NCBI GenBank assembly: GCA_038065495.1
Contig: JBBTQW010000002.1
Span: forward strand, 261,373-325,372
Origin: Patescibacteria group bacterium
Lineage (GTDB): Bacteria; Patescibacteriota; Minisyncoccia; Phycocordibacterales; JACOZG01
Length of the DNA stretch: 64,000 nt
Direction of reading: 5' to 3'
The translations under genes and the position numbers were made by a program. The notes under the pieces were generated by a model, which was not told the origin of the DNA, made no database searches, and saw nothing but the letters and a program-made list of their open reading frames with translations. Positions 9,507-19,771 of this stretch are shown here, one piece after another. Position 1 is the first letter of the stretch; each line of letters opens with the position of its first letter.

Positions 9507-10667
9507 TCAACTCTGGCCGCGAGATCCGCGCAAGTCACTAATCAGCCTGTCGATTGACTCCTGCACCGACAAGACGGAGATAGACAACACTTGCCGGAGA
9601 GCTTCTTCTTGATTATATGATCTAGCATTTAAAATCGAAAGTTCTGCTCTAACCCTACCGGGAGGCAAAACATTGCGATGAATAAACCCGCGCGGTGGTT
9701 GCACGCGTTCGTCCACCGGGCCAACAATATTTATGGTTGGGATATCAAATGCTTCCGCAATATAAATCGGCCCGGTATCGACACTGATAAACAGATTAAC
9801 TTTCGAGATAAAGGCCTTCAACTCATCAAGATCAAATCGACCAACTGTATTTATTATCGCCACTTTTTTCTTAGAGTGCCCGATTAATTCTTTTGCTTTT
9901 TCGTTGTCTCCCTTACCACCGGTGATGATTATTTTTGCATTATATTTCTCAACCAGATAATCAGCCACCGTGGCAAAACGTTCCGTCGGCCACTCCTTTA
10001 TTTTATTCCCCGCCGATGGTGATATTGCCACTACAAAATCTCTTTTAAAGTTAATATTTTCGTCAACAAAAAACTGTTCTGTTTTTTTATTAGCCCACTC
10101 AGAAAATCCAAGTTGTTTCTTGGTATCTTCGGAAAAAACGCCCAGGGACTCAAGGGCTCTGAGCCTTTCTCGAGGAGCGTACTCTCCGATCTGATAGGGA
10201 AAAGTGCACATGAGATGCCGAAGAATTCTGTATGGCCACGTCTCGGCTGGGGAAAAACCGCCTTGCACCACCGGCACCACTACGAGAGGAATGCCGGCCA
10301 AGTATAATAAAGCGGCAGAAACAAACGATGGTCCAGTAACTAATGCCGCATCAGCATGAGACTCTCCGGTACGCGCTACCGCTCGCGGCTCTTCCAGATC
10401 AAGATACTCGTCCACCAGGCCACTGTCCGCAAAGAGCGGCCGATGAAGCTTGCTTGTGCCCGCCACAATTAGCCGCGCCCCTGGCAAGTGCGCCCGGACA
10501 GCACGCAAGACTGGCGTAACGCAGACTACATCGCCTAGTTTTCCTGTCGGCACTACGATAATTCTGGAGACTTGAATGGGAGGCCTGTTAGCCTTACCAG
10601 AAATCAAAGCCCGAAGCAGACAGCCGAGCAAAAGCAAAAACCGGTAAGTTCTGCTCGAGCGCCTCAT
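9507..10667 (-). CDS. GT9 (heptosyltransferase-like) glycosyltransferase
   Basis: KLGDVV, K.WP.ERF and 'FISVDTGPIYIAEA' motifs. Confidence 0.85.
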   Translation of the reverse strand: MRRSSRTYRFLLLLGCLLRALISGKANRPPIQVSRIIVVPTGKLGDVVCVTPVLRAVRAHLPGARLIVAGTSKLHRPLFADSGLVDEYLDLEEPRAVARTGESHADAALVTGPSFVSAALLYLAGIPLVVVPVVQGGFSPAETWPYRILRHLMCTFPYQIGEYAPRERLRALESLGVFSEDTKKQLGFSEWANKKTEQFFVDENINFKRDFVVAISPSAGNKIKEWPTERFATVADYLVEKYNAKIIITGGKGDNEKAKELIGHSKKKVAIINTVGRFDLDELKAFISKVNLFISVDTGPIYIAEAFDIPTINIVGPVDERVQPPRGFIHRNVLPPGRVRAELSILNARSYNQEEALRQVLSISVLSVQESIDRLISDLRGSRGQS

Positions 10668-11839
10668 GTTGATCGCTTAATGAAACTCGCGATATTGGCA
10701 CCGCGACTCTCCCAAGTATATTTGTTTTTAGTAACCATTGCTTGAGCCGCTAGCCTATTCCCCAGTTCACCGTCATCGTAAATCTCCAGAATCGCCTTAG
10801 CCCAGCCACTTGCATTATTTTCGCCAACAATCAGTGCGTCTAGATTATTAGTTAAAACTTCCTCAATACACTCTGCCCGACCAGCAATAATCGGCCGACG
10901 AGCGGCCAGCGCCGGGAACATCTTGGCCGGAGAATCACCAATTAAATCTTTTTTTCGCTTCGGAATGAGGACCACATCAAAGGCCTGAAGGTAGTTTGGA
11001 ATTACGCTTCTCTCCTGCCAAGGCACAATGATAACACGACTAGACACATCAAATTCTCTAGCAATCTGCCGCAGCCACTCCGCATTGCCGCTAATCTCTC
11101 CTACAATCACCGCAGAAACATCAACTGGCAAATCAGCAAGACTTCTCACAATATCGTCCACCTCATAATAATCATTATTAGGGTTAGCCCCTATCACGCC
11201 AGTATAACCTACCAAAAAAGCATTCTGTGGTAACGACAACTGTTGCCGTAGCGTCTCTCTGTTTTTAGAATAATCAAACCAAGAGTCTTCAGCAGCGCTG
11301 CAAAGTGAGACGAGAATATTATTATTGGCCTTCTGGTAATAATTTTTAAGTCCCGAACTAATTGCCACTACGCCATCGGCCCACTGCACCGCCAGCTTAT
11401 TAAACCACTGCTTCGATCGTCGTTCCAAAACTGAGTGAATCTCAAAAAAAACTTTTTTTCGCAAAACAAGTTTGACCCACAAAGCTGCAAAAACTAGTGT
11501 GGAATCCCGAAAATACAGAGCATTAAATTTTCTGGCTTGAGCTGACAAAAAAAACATCAAGCTAACGTTGGCTGAGAAAAATGCTATCAGCTCATACCAT
11601 TTTTTGCCAGAACAAGGAGAAGTTGTATCCGTTGCCCCCAAACACGTTACTAAAAATGGTCGGAGAACCGCCATTCTCTCAAAGAAGGCTGCATCGCTTA
11701 CTACTTTTTTATTAGTAGTCACAAGCCTGACTCTCAAATCCTGCTCAGCATTGAGGGCCTCACAAGTTTTAGCCAGATTATAAACATTAGTTCTACCAGA
11801 CAAAAGATTAGCTCGTGAAATATGGATGATATCAGTCAT
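10664..11839 (-). CDS. GT4 glycosyltransferase
   Basis: GT-B C-terminal 'SPAKMFPALAARRPII' and 'KYTWESR'. Confidence 0.85.
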   Translation of the reverse strand: MTDIIHISRANLLSGRTNVYNLAKTCEALNAEQDLRVRLVTTNKKVVSDAAFFERMAVLRPFLVTCLGATDTTSPCSGKKWYELIAFFSANVSLMFFLSAQARKFNALYFRDSTLVFAALWVKLVLRKKVFFEIHSVLERRSKQWFNKLAVQWADGVVAISSGLKNYYQKANNNILVSLCSAAEDSWFDYSKNRETLRQQLSLPQNAFLVGYTGVIGANPNNDYYEVDDIVRSLADLPVDVSAVIVGEISGNAEWLRQIAREFDVSSRVIIVPWQERSVIPNYLQAFDVVLIPKRKKDLIGDSPAKMFPALAARRPIIAGRAECIEEVLTNNLDALIVGENNASGWAKAILEIYDDGELGNRLAAQAMVTKNKYTWESRGANIASFIKRST

Positions 11840-11862
11840 TTATTTATTAAGCACCCGCTCGT

Positions 11863-12777
11863 CTACTTAGCCACAAGAGAGCGGAAACTGTTTACGATCT
11901 CCTCACCGCTCTTCTCTTGGTACGCCTCAAGGTGCATCTTGCGTTGTCTCTCCTGGAGATAATGAACAAACAAGATACTATCATAAGACTCTGGTGCAAT
12001 GCGAGCCCCGATTTTACCAAAATATTGCGGCAAATACCTCTCGCAATTAGTCCGCAATAAACCGATACGGCCTTCGGACTTGAGAAACAAATTAAAAAGA
12101 TCGAAACCAGGCAATTTGCTTATACCTACGTGGTCATAATCAATCAAATTAATCTGCTCTCCGTAAATCAGCACATTATCAAGAGTAAAGTCTCCATGCT
12201 GGACCAATACAGGTAATTTGACATTAGAATCGAAAGCTAGATGCTTGTAATAATTGCTCAACACAAGCGCTGAGTCTCCCGATAATCCTAACGTTTTGAT
12301 TGTCTTATTAGCCAGATCAGTGATATCTCCAGAGCCCCAAGTCTTCTCTGTGCTAGTTGCTAGATGTGATTGCCAGCCAATATATTTCTCAATCACAAGA
12401 GCAGTGTCTCGCTCCAACAACGAGAACTTCACCCCTGGGCAAACGGATTCGAGAGAAAAAACCAAATTATCCTTATCGTGCAGGTAGAGCGGCTTGGCAA
12501 ACATGTCGGCATAGACACTGCCACGCACCCCCTCAGCCAATGACTGAAGATTTGAATAATTATTCCTGATCACCTCGCCCGCGGAATAAGTACGTGTAGT
12601 TTTAGCACAAATCGTTGGTCTTCTTTCTCCCTCTTCAAACACGAACACGAGCACCTTGCTTTCTTCCGCTCCATACTCCGGCTCCGGCGTACTCATCTTC
12701 ATAAACGACAAACTAGAGCCTGGTTTTCGCAACCAGTTAGGATTTTCCCCCATCACTTGTTTAAGCCAGGAAATCAT
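11863..12777 (-). CDS. APH/choline-kinase-like phosphotransferase
   Basis: Brenner motif 'QHGDFTLDNVL', then 'IDYD' and 'GFDL'. Confidence 0.8.
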   Translation of the reverse strand: MISWLKQVMGENPNWLRKPGSSLSFMKMSTPEPEYGAEESKVLVFVFEEGERRPTICAKTTRTYSAGEVIRNNYSNLQSLAEGVRGSVYADMFAKPLYLHDKDNLVFSLESVCPGVKFSLLERDTALVIEKYIGWQSHLATSTEKTWGSGDITDLANKTIKTLGLSGDSALVLSNYYKHLAFDSNVKLPVLVQHGDFTLDNVLIYGEQINLIDYDHVGISKLPGFDLFNLFLKSEGRIGLLRTNCERYLPQYFGKIGARIAPESYDSILFVHYLQERQRKMHLEAYQEKSGEEIVNSFRSLVAK

Positions 12778-13721
12778 TTTTTAACCACCATGCCAAAGCT
12801 GAAGAAAAAATACCGGTAAACACGAAGCAAGAGCGGCCAGCGCGCCAAGAATCTAGCCACTTTTCTCTTCCAGCCGATAGAAGGCAAGAAAGTTCTAACA
12901 GCATAAGCGAATGCATTGATATTATCATATGGAATCATTAGTCTTGGGAGATTATAGCCCGGATAAGTGAGATAGAAGGTGGTATCAGCAAATCCACCCT
13001 TCTGCAACAATTTATCATAGCCACTTTTGGTATAAGTAAAAGCTTGATAACGTTTACCTCTCCGGAACAAAGTATAAATATTAGCCAACCAACGTGGCAA
13101 GTAACTAGTGAAGCGCAAACCACTATGATCAATGGCACGCAGGTAGGCAAAAGCGAATCGGTTCTCGATGCCAATATAGAGGTGCCCACCGGGTTTCAAT
13201 AATTCGTGGCAAATCTTGAGGCTAGCGATCTGGGCTTCGGAAGGATTGCTAAAACGATCTGTAACACCCACCCACTCCAAGACACCATTCATCACAATCA
13301 GATCGAAACTTTCTCTCTCAAACGGTAAATCAAAAATATCGCCAACGCAAACCTCGATATTGTTCAGATTTTCTTTTTCTGCTCTAAGCTTAAGAAACTT
13401 CATCCGCAAAAAAGAATTATCCACGGCAATTATTTTTTTAACTGCTCTTGCCAAGGGAACACTAATCCGCCCCATACCTGCGCCAATGTCGAGGACAAAA
13501 GACTCGCCAGACAAGGGAACAACAAAACGCCAATCTGCCCGGTTTTCCTCGAACGTGGAATCGAACCTGTCTCGATAGCGCGCCTTAAATTCGTCCCAAC
13601 CCTTTTCTTCTATAATCGCCAATGCTTTTTCTAATTCTTCTTTGGGTGCCTTGCCCCAGTAGCGATCGTCAGAAAAAAAAGGTATGCCCTCGATGACTTT
13701 TACTGGAGCTTTATTATTCAT
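12774..13721 (-). CDS. Class I SAM-dependent methyltransferase
   Basis: VLDIGAGMG, FDLIVMNGVLEW, LKPGGHLYIG. Confidence 0.9.
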   Translation of the reverse strand: MNNKAPVKVIEGIPFFSDDRYWGKAPKEELEKALAIIEEKGWDEFKARYRDRFDSTFEENRADWRFVVPLSGESFVLDIGAGMGRISVPLARAVKKIIAVDNSFLRMKFLKLRAEKENLNNIEVCVGDIFDLPFERESFDLIVMNGVLEWVGVTDRFSNPSEAQIASLKICHELLKPGGHLYIGIENRFAFAYLRAIDHSGLRFTSYLPRWLANIYTLFRRGKRYQAFTYTKSGYDKLLQKGGFADTTFYLTYPGYNLPRLMIPYDNINAFAYAVRTFLPSIGWKRKVARFLARWPLLLRVYRYFFFSFGMVVKK

Positions 13722-14775
13722 GATTAATATTTTTCTTAAAATAATTGGCTAAGTCATGGGCAAAAATATCGGCCGAGCAAAATTCCTCAGCAAACTCTCT
13801 GGCCGCTCGCCCCAGACGACGACGCAAAGCTTCATCGTTCCACAACAAATTAACTGCCTCTCGCAAAGCTCCCTCACTCCCTTCCGGCACCAACCAACCG
13901 TTCTCACCATGTGTAATATAAGCAGAAACTGTTTCAGTTCTAGTCGCAATGATCGCTTTACCCATTGCCAGAGATTCGACCAAAGTAGAGCAACCCATCG
14001 CATCATTTAGCCCGCCTTGCATGTTTAGTGGCAAGATGACTAATCTCGCGCGTTTGTATTGCTCACGCAGTTCAACTGGCGAAAAGTCATAGCGCTTAAT
14101 GTGCCGTCCTGCTGCACCAAACTTGTTTGGATCCCACTCCCGAGCAGTAATCTTGATCTCTGGAACCAGCCCGTGGGTGGCTCCTGCCAAAGTCCGCAGA
14201 TCACGACCAGGATCACGACCAGGACTTAGAGCAAACTCCTCTTCTTTTAGCTCAAAATCTGGTGTAAAAAATCGAGTATCCACACCCAAATGCAAAAATT
14301 CTATCTTATCCGCAAGCTTGGGAAACATGTCCCTCATGTCCCTTGCTTCTCCCGGAGAAATGGTAATGATTCCGTCTGATCGCCCAACCATAAATTTGAG
14401 TGCCCTCTGCTTCAGTCTCACGCCAGTCCCCATCATACCCTTGAGACCGTAATCGAAGATGACCCAGCGAGGGCGCTTCAGTCCGAGAAACGCTTTGACA
14501 AAAAGGGATCCAAGAGCGGTAGAAGTAAAAACAAAATCGTACTTTCTCATCTTTAAGAAGAGCGGCAAATGAATATAATGCACATTGAGGACCCGAGTAC
14601 GGAGAAAGCGCGCAAACCAAACGGGGACAAACTGCTCTATTTCTAAGTATTCAGCCTTAACACCGTGAGAAGCGAGACGAAATAGGCCAAAGAAGTGACC
14701 ATCATGATCTCGCTTCTGGACAATTTTATCTTCTAGCCCAACACGAACACGATTGAATAAATAAAGTATCTTCAT
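13714..14775 (-). CDS. GT4 glycosyltransferase
   Basis: 'GCSTLVESLAMGKAIIAT' and 'HGENGWLV'. Confidence 0.88.
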   Translation of the reverse strand: MKILYLFNRVRVGLEDKIVQKRDHDGHFFGLFRLASHGVKAEYLEIEQFVPVWFARFLRTRVLNVHYIHLPLFLKMRKYDFVFTSTALGSLFVKAFLGLKRPRWVIFDYGLKGMMGTGVRLKQRALKFMVGRSDGIITISPGEARDMRDMFPKLADKIEFLHLGVDTRFFTPDFELKEEEFALSPGRDPGRDLRTLAGATHGLVPEIKITAREWDPNKFGAAGRHIKRYDFSPVELREQYKRARLVILPLNMQGGLNDAMGCSTLVESLAMGKAIIATRTETVSAYITHGENGWLVPEGSEGALREAVNLLWNDEALRRRLGRAAREFAEEFCSADIFAHDLANYFKKNINHE

Positions 14776-15800
14776 GCGGTTAGAAGCAATTTAATCAAGC
14801 TACCCAAATCGTGTTTATTTACTAATTGTAGTATAACGCTGGAAAGATCTTCTGATTTATCTTCAGTTTTTTTGAAAATCTTTTCTAAATAATCAGCAAG
14901 CTCAATGGAGGTAAAATCTCCCGGCAAAACAAAGCTCTCTGGCAATTGATTGTGGAAAAAAGGATTGACCACCAGCGGAATACTACCACAAGCCATCGCC
15001 TCAAAGATCGTCTTATCCATACTCCCGGCAGCGGTTAGATTAACATAAAGCTCGTGCTCGCGATAGAGTTGACGCGCTTGCTCTTGCGTTACCGAGCCGA
15101 TAAATTTAACTCTATCAGTTAGTTCGTATTCCGACACTTTATTTTTAATTTTTCTCTCGTATTCAGTATCTCGAGGCAAAGCCTCGCCGGCAATCGTGGC
15201 AAAAAACTGGACATTAAGCTTTTGCAATTCATTGAGTGCGTCAATAAATATTTCTACTTTCTTGACCGGCGCAATCCGGCCGAGAAATAAGATAGAACTT
15301 GTTTTTTTAATCACCGACGAGTCCGGTGTGAAAAAGTCAGTATTAATCCCAACTGGCATAATTTCTGTTTTGCTAAATTGGGCCGTGTAAGACTGTGGCG
15401 AGGTACAGAAGACTTTATCTGACAAATAAACGGCCAACCGCGTGAAAAAATTTCCTGTTGCATGATTCCGCCACATTGCCACTTTCTTACCCCACAATTT
15501 CCAGAACAAACTTCCCAGCAAAACATACTCCTGATTCATGTGCACGAAAACTCTGTCGTAATTCTTCCGCTCTTGCCAGATATATTTATAAAAATTCTTG
15601 AGATATTTTAGCTTAGACTCGCCATTTTCTTTCCCCAGTGAGAGCACTTTCACATTCGCTGGCAGATTATATCTTCCCCGCTCCAGACAAATTACTGTGA
15701 TAAATTCGCAATGCTTAGCAAATTCCTCAATCCAACGATGGAAAAATCCCAGCACCGGGTTATCCCGATCAACCGCTTGAGTAATAATCAGTAATCTCAT
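14772..15800 (-). CDS. GT4 glycosyltransferase
   Basis: 'LFLGRIAPVKK' and 'DKTIFEAMACG'. Confidence 0.9.
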   Translation of the reverse strand: MRLLIITQAVDRDNPVLGFFHRWIEEFAKHCEFITVICLERGRYNLPANVKVLSLGKENGESKLKYLKNFYKYIWQERKNYDRVFVHMNQEYVLLGSLFWKLWGKKVAMWRNHATGNFFTRLAVYLSDKVFCTSPQSYTAQFSKTEIMPVGINTDFFTPDSSVIKKTSSILFLGRIAPVKKVEIFIDALNELQKLNVQFFATIAGEALPRDTEYERKIKNKVSEYELTDRVKFIGSVTQEQARQLYREHELYVNLTAAGSMDKTIFEAMACGSIPLVVNPFFHNQLPESFVLPGDFTSIELADYLEKIFKKTEDKSEDLSSVILQLVNKHDLGSLIKLLLTA

Positions 15801-16801
15801 AAATTTTCGATAATCGCCTGCGTGATTTCTCCCACCTGATAGCCGACGATTCTCGTTCCCACTTCCCTTGCTACACCCACATCGGTAGAGATAATTTTAC
15901 AACCAGCGGCTTGCGCCTCCATCAACGTCAAGCCATAGCCCTCAAAGAACGAGGTGAGCAGAAACAGATCAGCCGTTTTGTAATAAGTCGCTAAATTAGT
16001 TTGCCACGGTTCAAAAATTACATTATTCTCGAGCTTTAATTTTTTAACTACAAACTTGAGATTATCTTCTTCTGCGCCAGCACCAACGATAACCAAGCCA
16101 GCTTGCGGTTTTACTTTAATCACCTGCTGCCAAGCCTTCAGCGGCAAGTAGATATTTTTTTCCGGTTCTAATCGGGAAGCGATCAGAGCTATTTTGCTAA
16201 ACTCTGGATATTTCTGATGTAGATCAACCGTAATTTCTGCTTTTTTGATCTTATCAGTATCAACAAAAATTGGTTTAACCGTAATTTTACTTTCTACAAT
16301 TCCCCACTCCCGCACTAGAAAATTTTTAATCCTCTCAGAAACTACGCGAATCTGATCCGCGCGCGGCAGCACAAATTTAGCAATTTTTTTTCTGATTTTA
16401 TTACCAAAAGTATAAGCAAAATACTGACTGCCAATATCCGTGTGCACTTGAATTTCTAAATTAAGAAAATTAATCTTGCGCGCGCAACGCTTGAGCCACC
16501 AGCCGGTGAGACCGGTCAAGAACGGGTCTTGGCACGTCAGATTAGTAATCACCTGTTCGCTAATTATTTTTCCACCCAGCGCGATAGCATCGAAAATATA
16601 GAACCATTTGCTACTAGAATTCGTTGAATAAACGAAACAGTTCTCTGCGATCTTCTCTGGCTTAAAATTAAAATCTCTGGTGGCAAAGACAATAATGTGA
16701 GTTTCGTCACGCTCGCGCGCATAATCAATCTGCCGCGCACGAACGGCGCTGTCTGCTTTAAATAAATTTCTGTCTGTGCTGATAGAAAGTAGCTTGATCA
16801 T
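15797..16801 (-). CDS. GT4 glycosyltransferase
   Basis: 'SRLEPEKN' and 'EGYGLTLMEAQAAG'; ATG 16801 overlaps the upstream stop (ATGA). Confidence 0.88.
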   Translation of the reverse strand: MIKLLSISTDRNLFKADSAVRARQIDYARERDETHIIVFATRDFNFKPEKIAENCFVYSTNSSSKWFYIFDAIALGGKIISEQVITNLTCQDPFLTGLTGWWLKRCARKINFLNLEIQVHTDIGSQYFAYTFGNKIRKKIAKFVLPRADQIRVVSERIKNFLVREWGIVESKITVKPIFVDTDKIKKAEITVDLHQKYPEFSKIALIASRLEPEKNIYLPLKAWQQVIKVKPQAGLVIVGAGAEEDNLKFVVKKLKLENNVIFEPWQTNLATYYKTADLFLLTSFFEGYGLTLMEAQAAGCKIISTDVGVAREVGTRIVGYQVGEITQAIIENL

Positions 16802-17820
16802 GATAGAAATTCTGTCGCAATTTCTCGCCAAGTATGCGTAAAAGTAAAACTCTGCGCTCGCCCACAAGCTGTTCTGTAATTTTTAGCATCAGCCAGCCAA
16901 GTAATTTTCTCAGCAATATCTTGCTGATTCTCCGGATCAACCCAGATCACCGCCTCACCCAAGCGCTCCCGCAAACCAGTTTCTTGCGTCAAGATCACCG
17001 GCTTGCTGAATCTGAGCGCATCTAGAACCAGATTAGGGCTGATATCGCCAAGCGACACAAGAATCACCGCATAACAACTTTTTATTTTCTCCAAAAATTG
17101 CTGATAACTCGCATTTTCCAAATCAAGTTTGAGATCTAAACTTGCTAAATTATTTCTGGCTAGAGTAAAAGCTTGCTCTAATTTATCTAAATTCTTCCAC
17201 TTCAACTTTCTCGTCCCGGCAATAAAATTTTTCTGTTTCGCTACTTCTGATTCAGCTTTCTCGCCAAAATAATTCTCTATAATCTTTACTTCACAGTTAA
17301 CTTTGGCATCATCTAACAGATAAGCCCCGCGCCAAATTTCTCTCTGCCAGCTGGTGCTAAAAACTAAAATATCACAATTCCAGACCGTCCACTTGCTTAG
17401 TTTAAAAATAATTTTCTCTTTTAGATTTAACTTAATCTCTCCAGATTTAATCTTTCCGTAAAACTCGCGCAACAAAACCAGATTTCCCGTCCGCTCCACG
17501 TAACCTTCCCAGAGAAAGTCGCCACCAGTTCTGATTATTATTTTCTGATTCAAGATCTTTGCCGCAAGCACACTCGGCCAAGCCACCGAGAAAGTATCTA
17601 AAGCTAAAATAAAATCTGGTCTAAAAAACAAACTCGCAAAAAATACTTTCCAGAAAAAATAAAAGTGCCTGATGCCCGTTGGCAAATAATTTTCTAGTTT
17701 GTAAGTTAGAACTCTCACAGAGTGATTTAGGCTAACAAACTCCTGTTCTAGATTCTTAGCATATTGCGCTGGTCCGCCGATCTGTGGCGGATAAATACCG
17801 GTCGCGATAATTATCTTCAT
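16798..17820 (-). CDS. GT4 glycosyltransferase
   Basis: 'TGIYPPQIGGPA' N-terminus and 'SPNLVLDALRFSKPVI'. Confidence 0.85.
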   Translation of the reverse strand: MKIIIATGIYPPQIGGPAQYAKNLEQEFVSLNHSVRVLTYKLENYLPTGIRHFYFFWKVFFASLFFRPDFILALDTFSVAWPSVLAAKILNQKIIIRTGGDFLWEGYVERTGNLVLLREFYGKIKSGEIKLNLKEKIIFKLSKWTVWNCDILVFSTSWQREIWRGAYLLDDAKVNCEVKIIENYFGEKAESEVAKQKNFIAGTRKLKWKNLDKLEQAFTLARNNLASLDLKLDLENASYQQFLEKIKSCYAVILVSLGDISPNLVLDALRFSKPVILTQETGLRERLGEAVIWVDPENQQDIAEKITWLADAKNYRTACGRAQSFTFTHTWREIATEFLS

Positions 17821-18992
17821 GTTGTTAGTTTATAGAAAAGCTCATTAAATTTAACAACCAGTTTGCCCCAGTCATAATTTTCGATCACCAACTTTTTCGC
17901 ATTACTAATTATTTTCTCCACTTCTCGCTGATTTTCTGGCTCCAGAATAAACTTAACTTGTGTGGCAACCGAAGTTGGATTATCAACCTCACAGAGCCAG
18001 CCAGTTTCGTGCTGTTTTAAGAAATCCGGGATACCGCCGACTGGTGTGCCAATTACCGGCAAACCAGCCGCCATGGCCTCCAAGAACGAGTTCCCCAGGC
18101 CCTCCGAGCGCGCTGGCCGAGCGAAAATCGTCGCCTTGGCCAAGTACTGCCCCACCACCGAACTCGCCACCTGGCCCAAAAATGACACTCTGGCGGCCAA
18201 TCCCAGGCTCTCCGCTAGGCTCACCAGACTCGCCTTTTCTGGCCCTTCGCCAACAATCCAGAGCTTAACATCACCGGGCAATAATGCCAGTGCTTTAATC
18301 AAAACATCCACGCCGTTTTTGTAAACTAGTCTCGACGTCGTAATCACTATTTTTTCAAGTTTTTGCTCTTCGCTAACAGCTAACAGCTTAAAGCTATTCA
18401 CATCCACGCCGTTGGGAATGACTGTGACTGGACAGGTTGCGCGCATTTTAGTTCTGGCCCAATTAGCTAGATAATTAGAAATGGCTTGGATGTGATTCGC
18501 GCGAGTAAAAACGCCAAATATTTTTGGCAGGAGCAAGCGCGCGCGATAGGCGAGGCTGTCCAAGTCATCGCCTTCTTGAAGTGTGAGTAAAAACGGAATC
18601 TCTGGATGAGACTTCTTGAACCAAGCACCAGCTATCCCCGCTTGGTTGGCCATGATCGACCAAACTAGATCATATTTTCTTTCGCGCGCTAATTTCTTAG
18701 CCAAACTGGCAGCAAGCCATGGGAAAAGATATTTATTCCCAGAAAGGGGAAAACGCCACAAATCAGCAATATCTGGTTGATTTTTCCCCCAACCAACCCG
18801 ATAGATTGTTAACTTGCCCTTTCGCTCATAAGGAGGAAGTTGGCTGTCAAATCTGATGGTAACCAGGTCAAACTCAAAATTAGACCCCTGACTCTCAATG
18901 GATCTGTCGATCACTTCTTGCATTGCTAGCTCAGCCCCTCCCACCCTCAAAGGAGGTGCCACTAACGAAAAAACTAAGATTCTTTTGGTCAT
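17817..18992 (-). CDS. GT4 glycosyltransferase
   Basis: GGAE and 'SEGLGNSFLEAMAAGLPVIGTPVGGIPD'. Confidence 0.92.
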   Translation of the reverse strand: MTKRILVFSLVAPPLRVGGAELAMQEVIDRSIESQGSNFEFDLVTIRFDSQLPPYERKGKLTIYRVGWGKNQPDIADLWRFPLSGNKYLFPWLAASLAKKLARERKYDLVWSIMANQAGIAGAWFKKSHPEIPFLLTLQEGDDLDSLAYRARLLLPKIFGVFTRANHIQAISNYLANWARTKMRATCPVTVIPNGVDVNSFKLLAVSEEQKLEKIVITTSRLVYKNGVDVLIKALALLPGDVKLWIVGEGPEKASLVSLAESLGLAARVSFLGQVASSVVGQYLAKATIFARPARSEGLGNSFLEAMAAGLPVIGTPVGGIPDFLKQHETGWLCEVDNPTSVATQVKFILEPENQREVEKIISNAKKLVIENYDWGKLVVKFNELFYKLTT

Positions 18993-19771
18993 TTCTTAAT
19001 CACTACCACGAGATGACTGGCAACAGGATTAAACCACTGCCGTCCAGAAAAGAGCTGGTCTAATCTCTCTGTCCTACGTGCCAAGAACTCTCCTAACTGG
19101 CGCGACAACATATAGACCGGACGAAGAAAGGGCAACATTGTGCCATAGCATGTCACATTCTGAGTACCAAATTGCTTCTCAAATAAAGTGGTGATGCTAC
19201 CTGGCGTAACAAAGTTGCAATAAACCGGCGCCGGTCTGCGCAATAAATAAGCCGACAACTGCGACACTTTTTGGTATAGGTAAAAGCCGTCAAGCGCCCA
19301 GAAATTTACAAGAGTAACGATGAGGTGGCCGCCAGGGCGCAGCGCTCGCCAACATTCTCTATAACCAGCAATGATCTCTTCGTCCGGCAAATATCTAAAA
19401 ACCTCCATGGCAATCACTGCATCAAAACTATTAGCTTCAAACGGAATCGCTGTCACCGTACCAGCCACAATTGGTATCTGACCATTAGAGTTTAGTTGTG
19501 CAATCTCACGCATCCGCTCGGCCGGTTCAAGACCAACAACTTGGTAACCTTTTTCTTGTAACAAAGCCAGCAAGAAGCCCGTCCCAGAACCCACTTCTAA
19601 GATCTTGGCCCCACGTGGCAGACGCTTCCCCAAGAAAGGCCAGAGCCAGTTGAACAAGCACTTGCGTCCATACAAGAAGGCGTTGTAATGGGGGTTGGAG
19701 GAAAAAAGCCGATAACGCTCGGCGAAAAGTGGTGCGTTCTGATTGTGTACCGCAACCGATTCAGTGGACAT
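18989..19771 (-). CDS. Class I SAM-dependent methyltransferase
   Basis: ILEVGSGTG, FDAVIAMEV, LRPGGHLIV. Confidence 0.9.
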   Translation of the reverse strand: MSTESVAVHNQNAPLFAERYRLFSSNPHYNAFLYGRKCLFNWLWPFLGKRLPRGAKILEVGSGTGFLLALLQEKGYQVVGLEPAERMREIAQLNSNGQIPIVAGTVTAIPFEANSFDAVIAMEVFRYLPDEEIIAGYRECWRALRPGGHLIVTLVNFWALDGFYLYQKVSQLSAYLLRRPAPVYCNFVTPGSITTLFEKQFGTQNVTCYGTMLPFLRPVYMLSRQLGEFLARRTERLDQLFSGRQWFNPVASHLVVVIKK

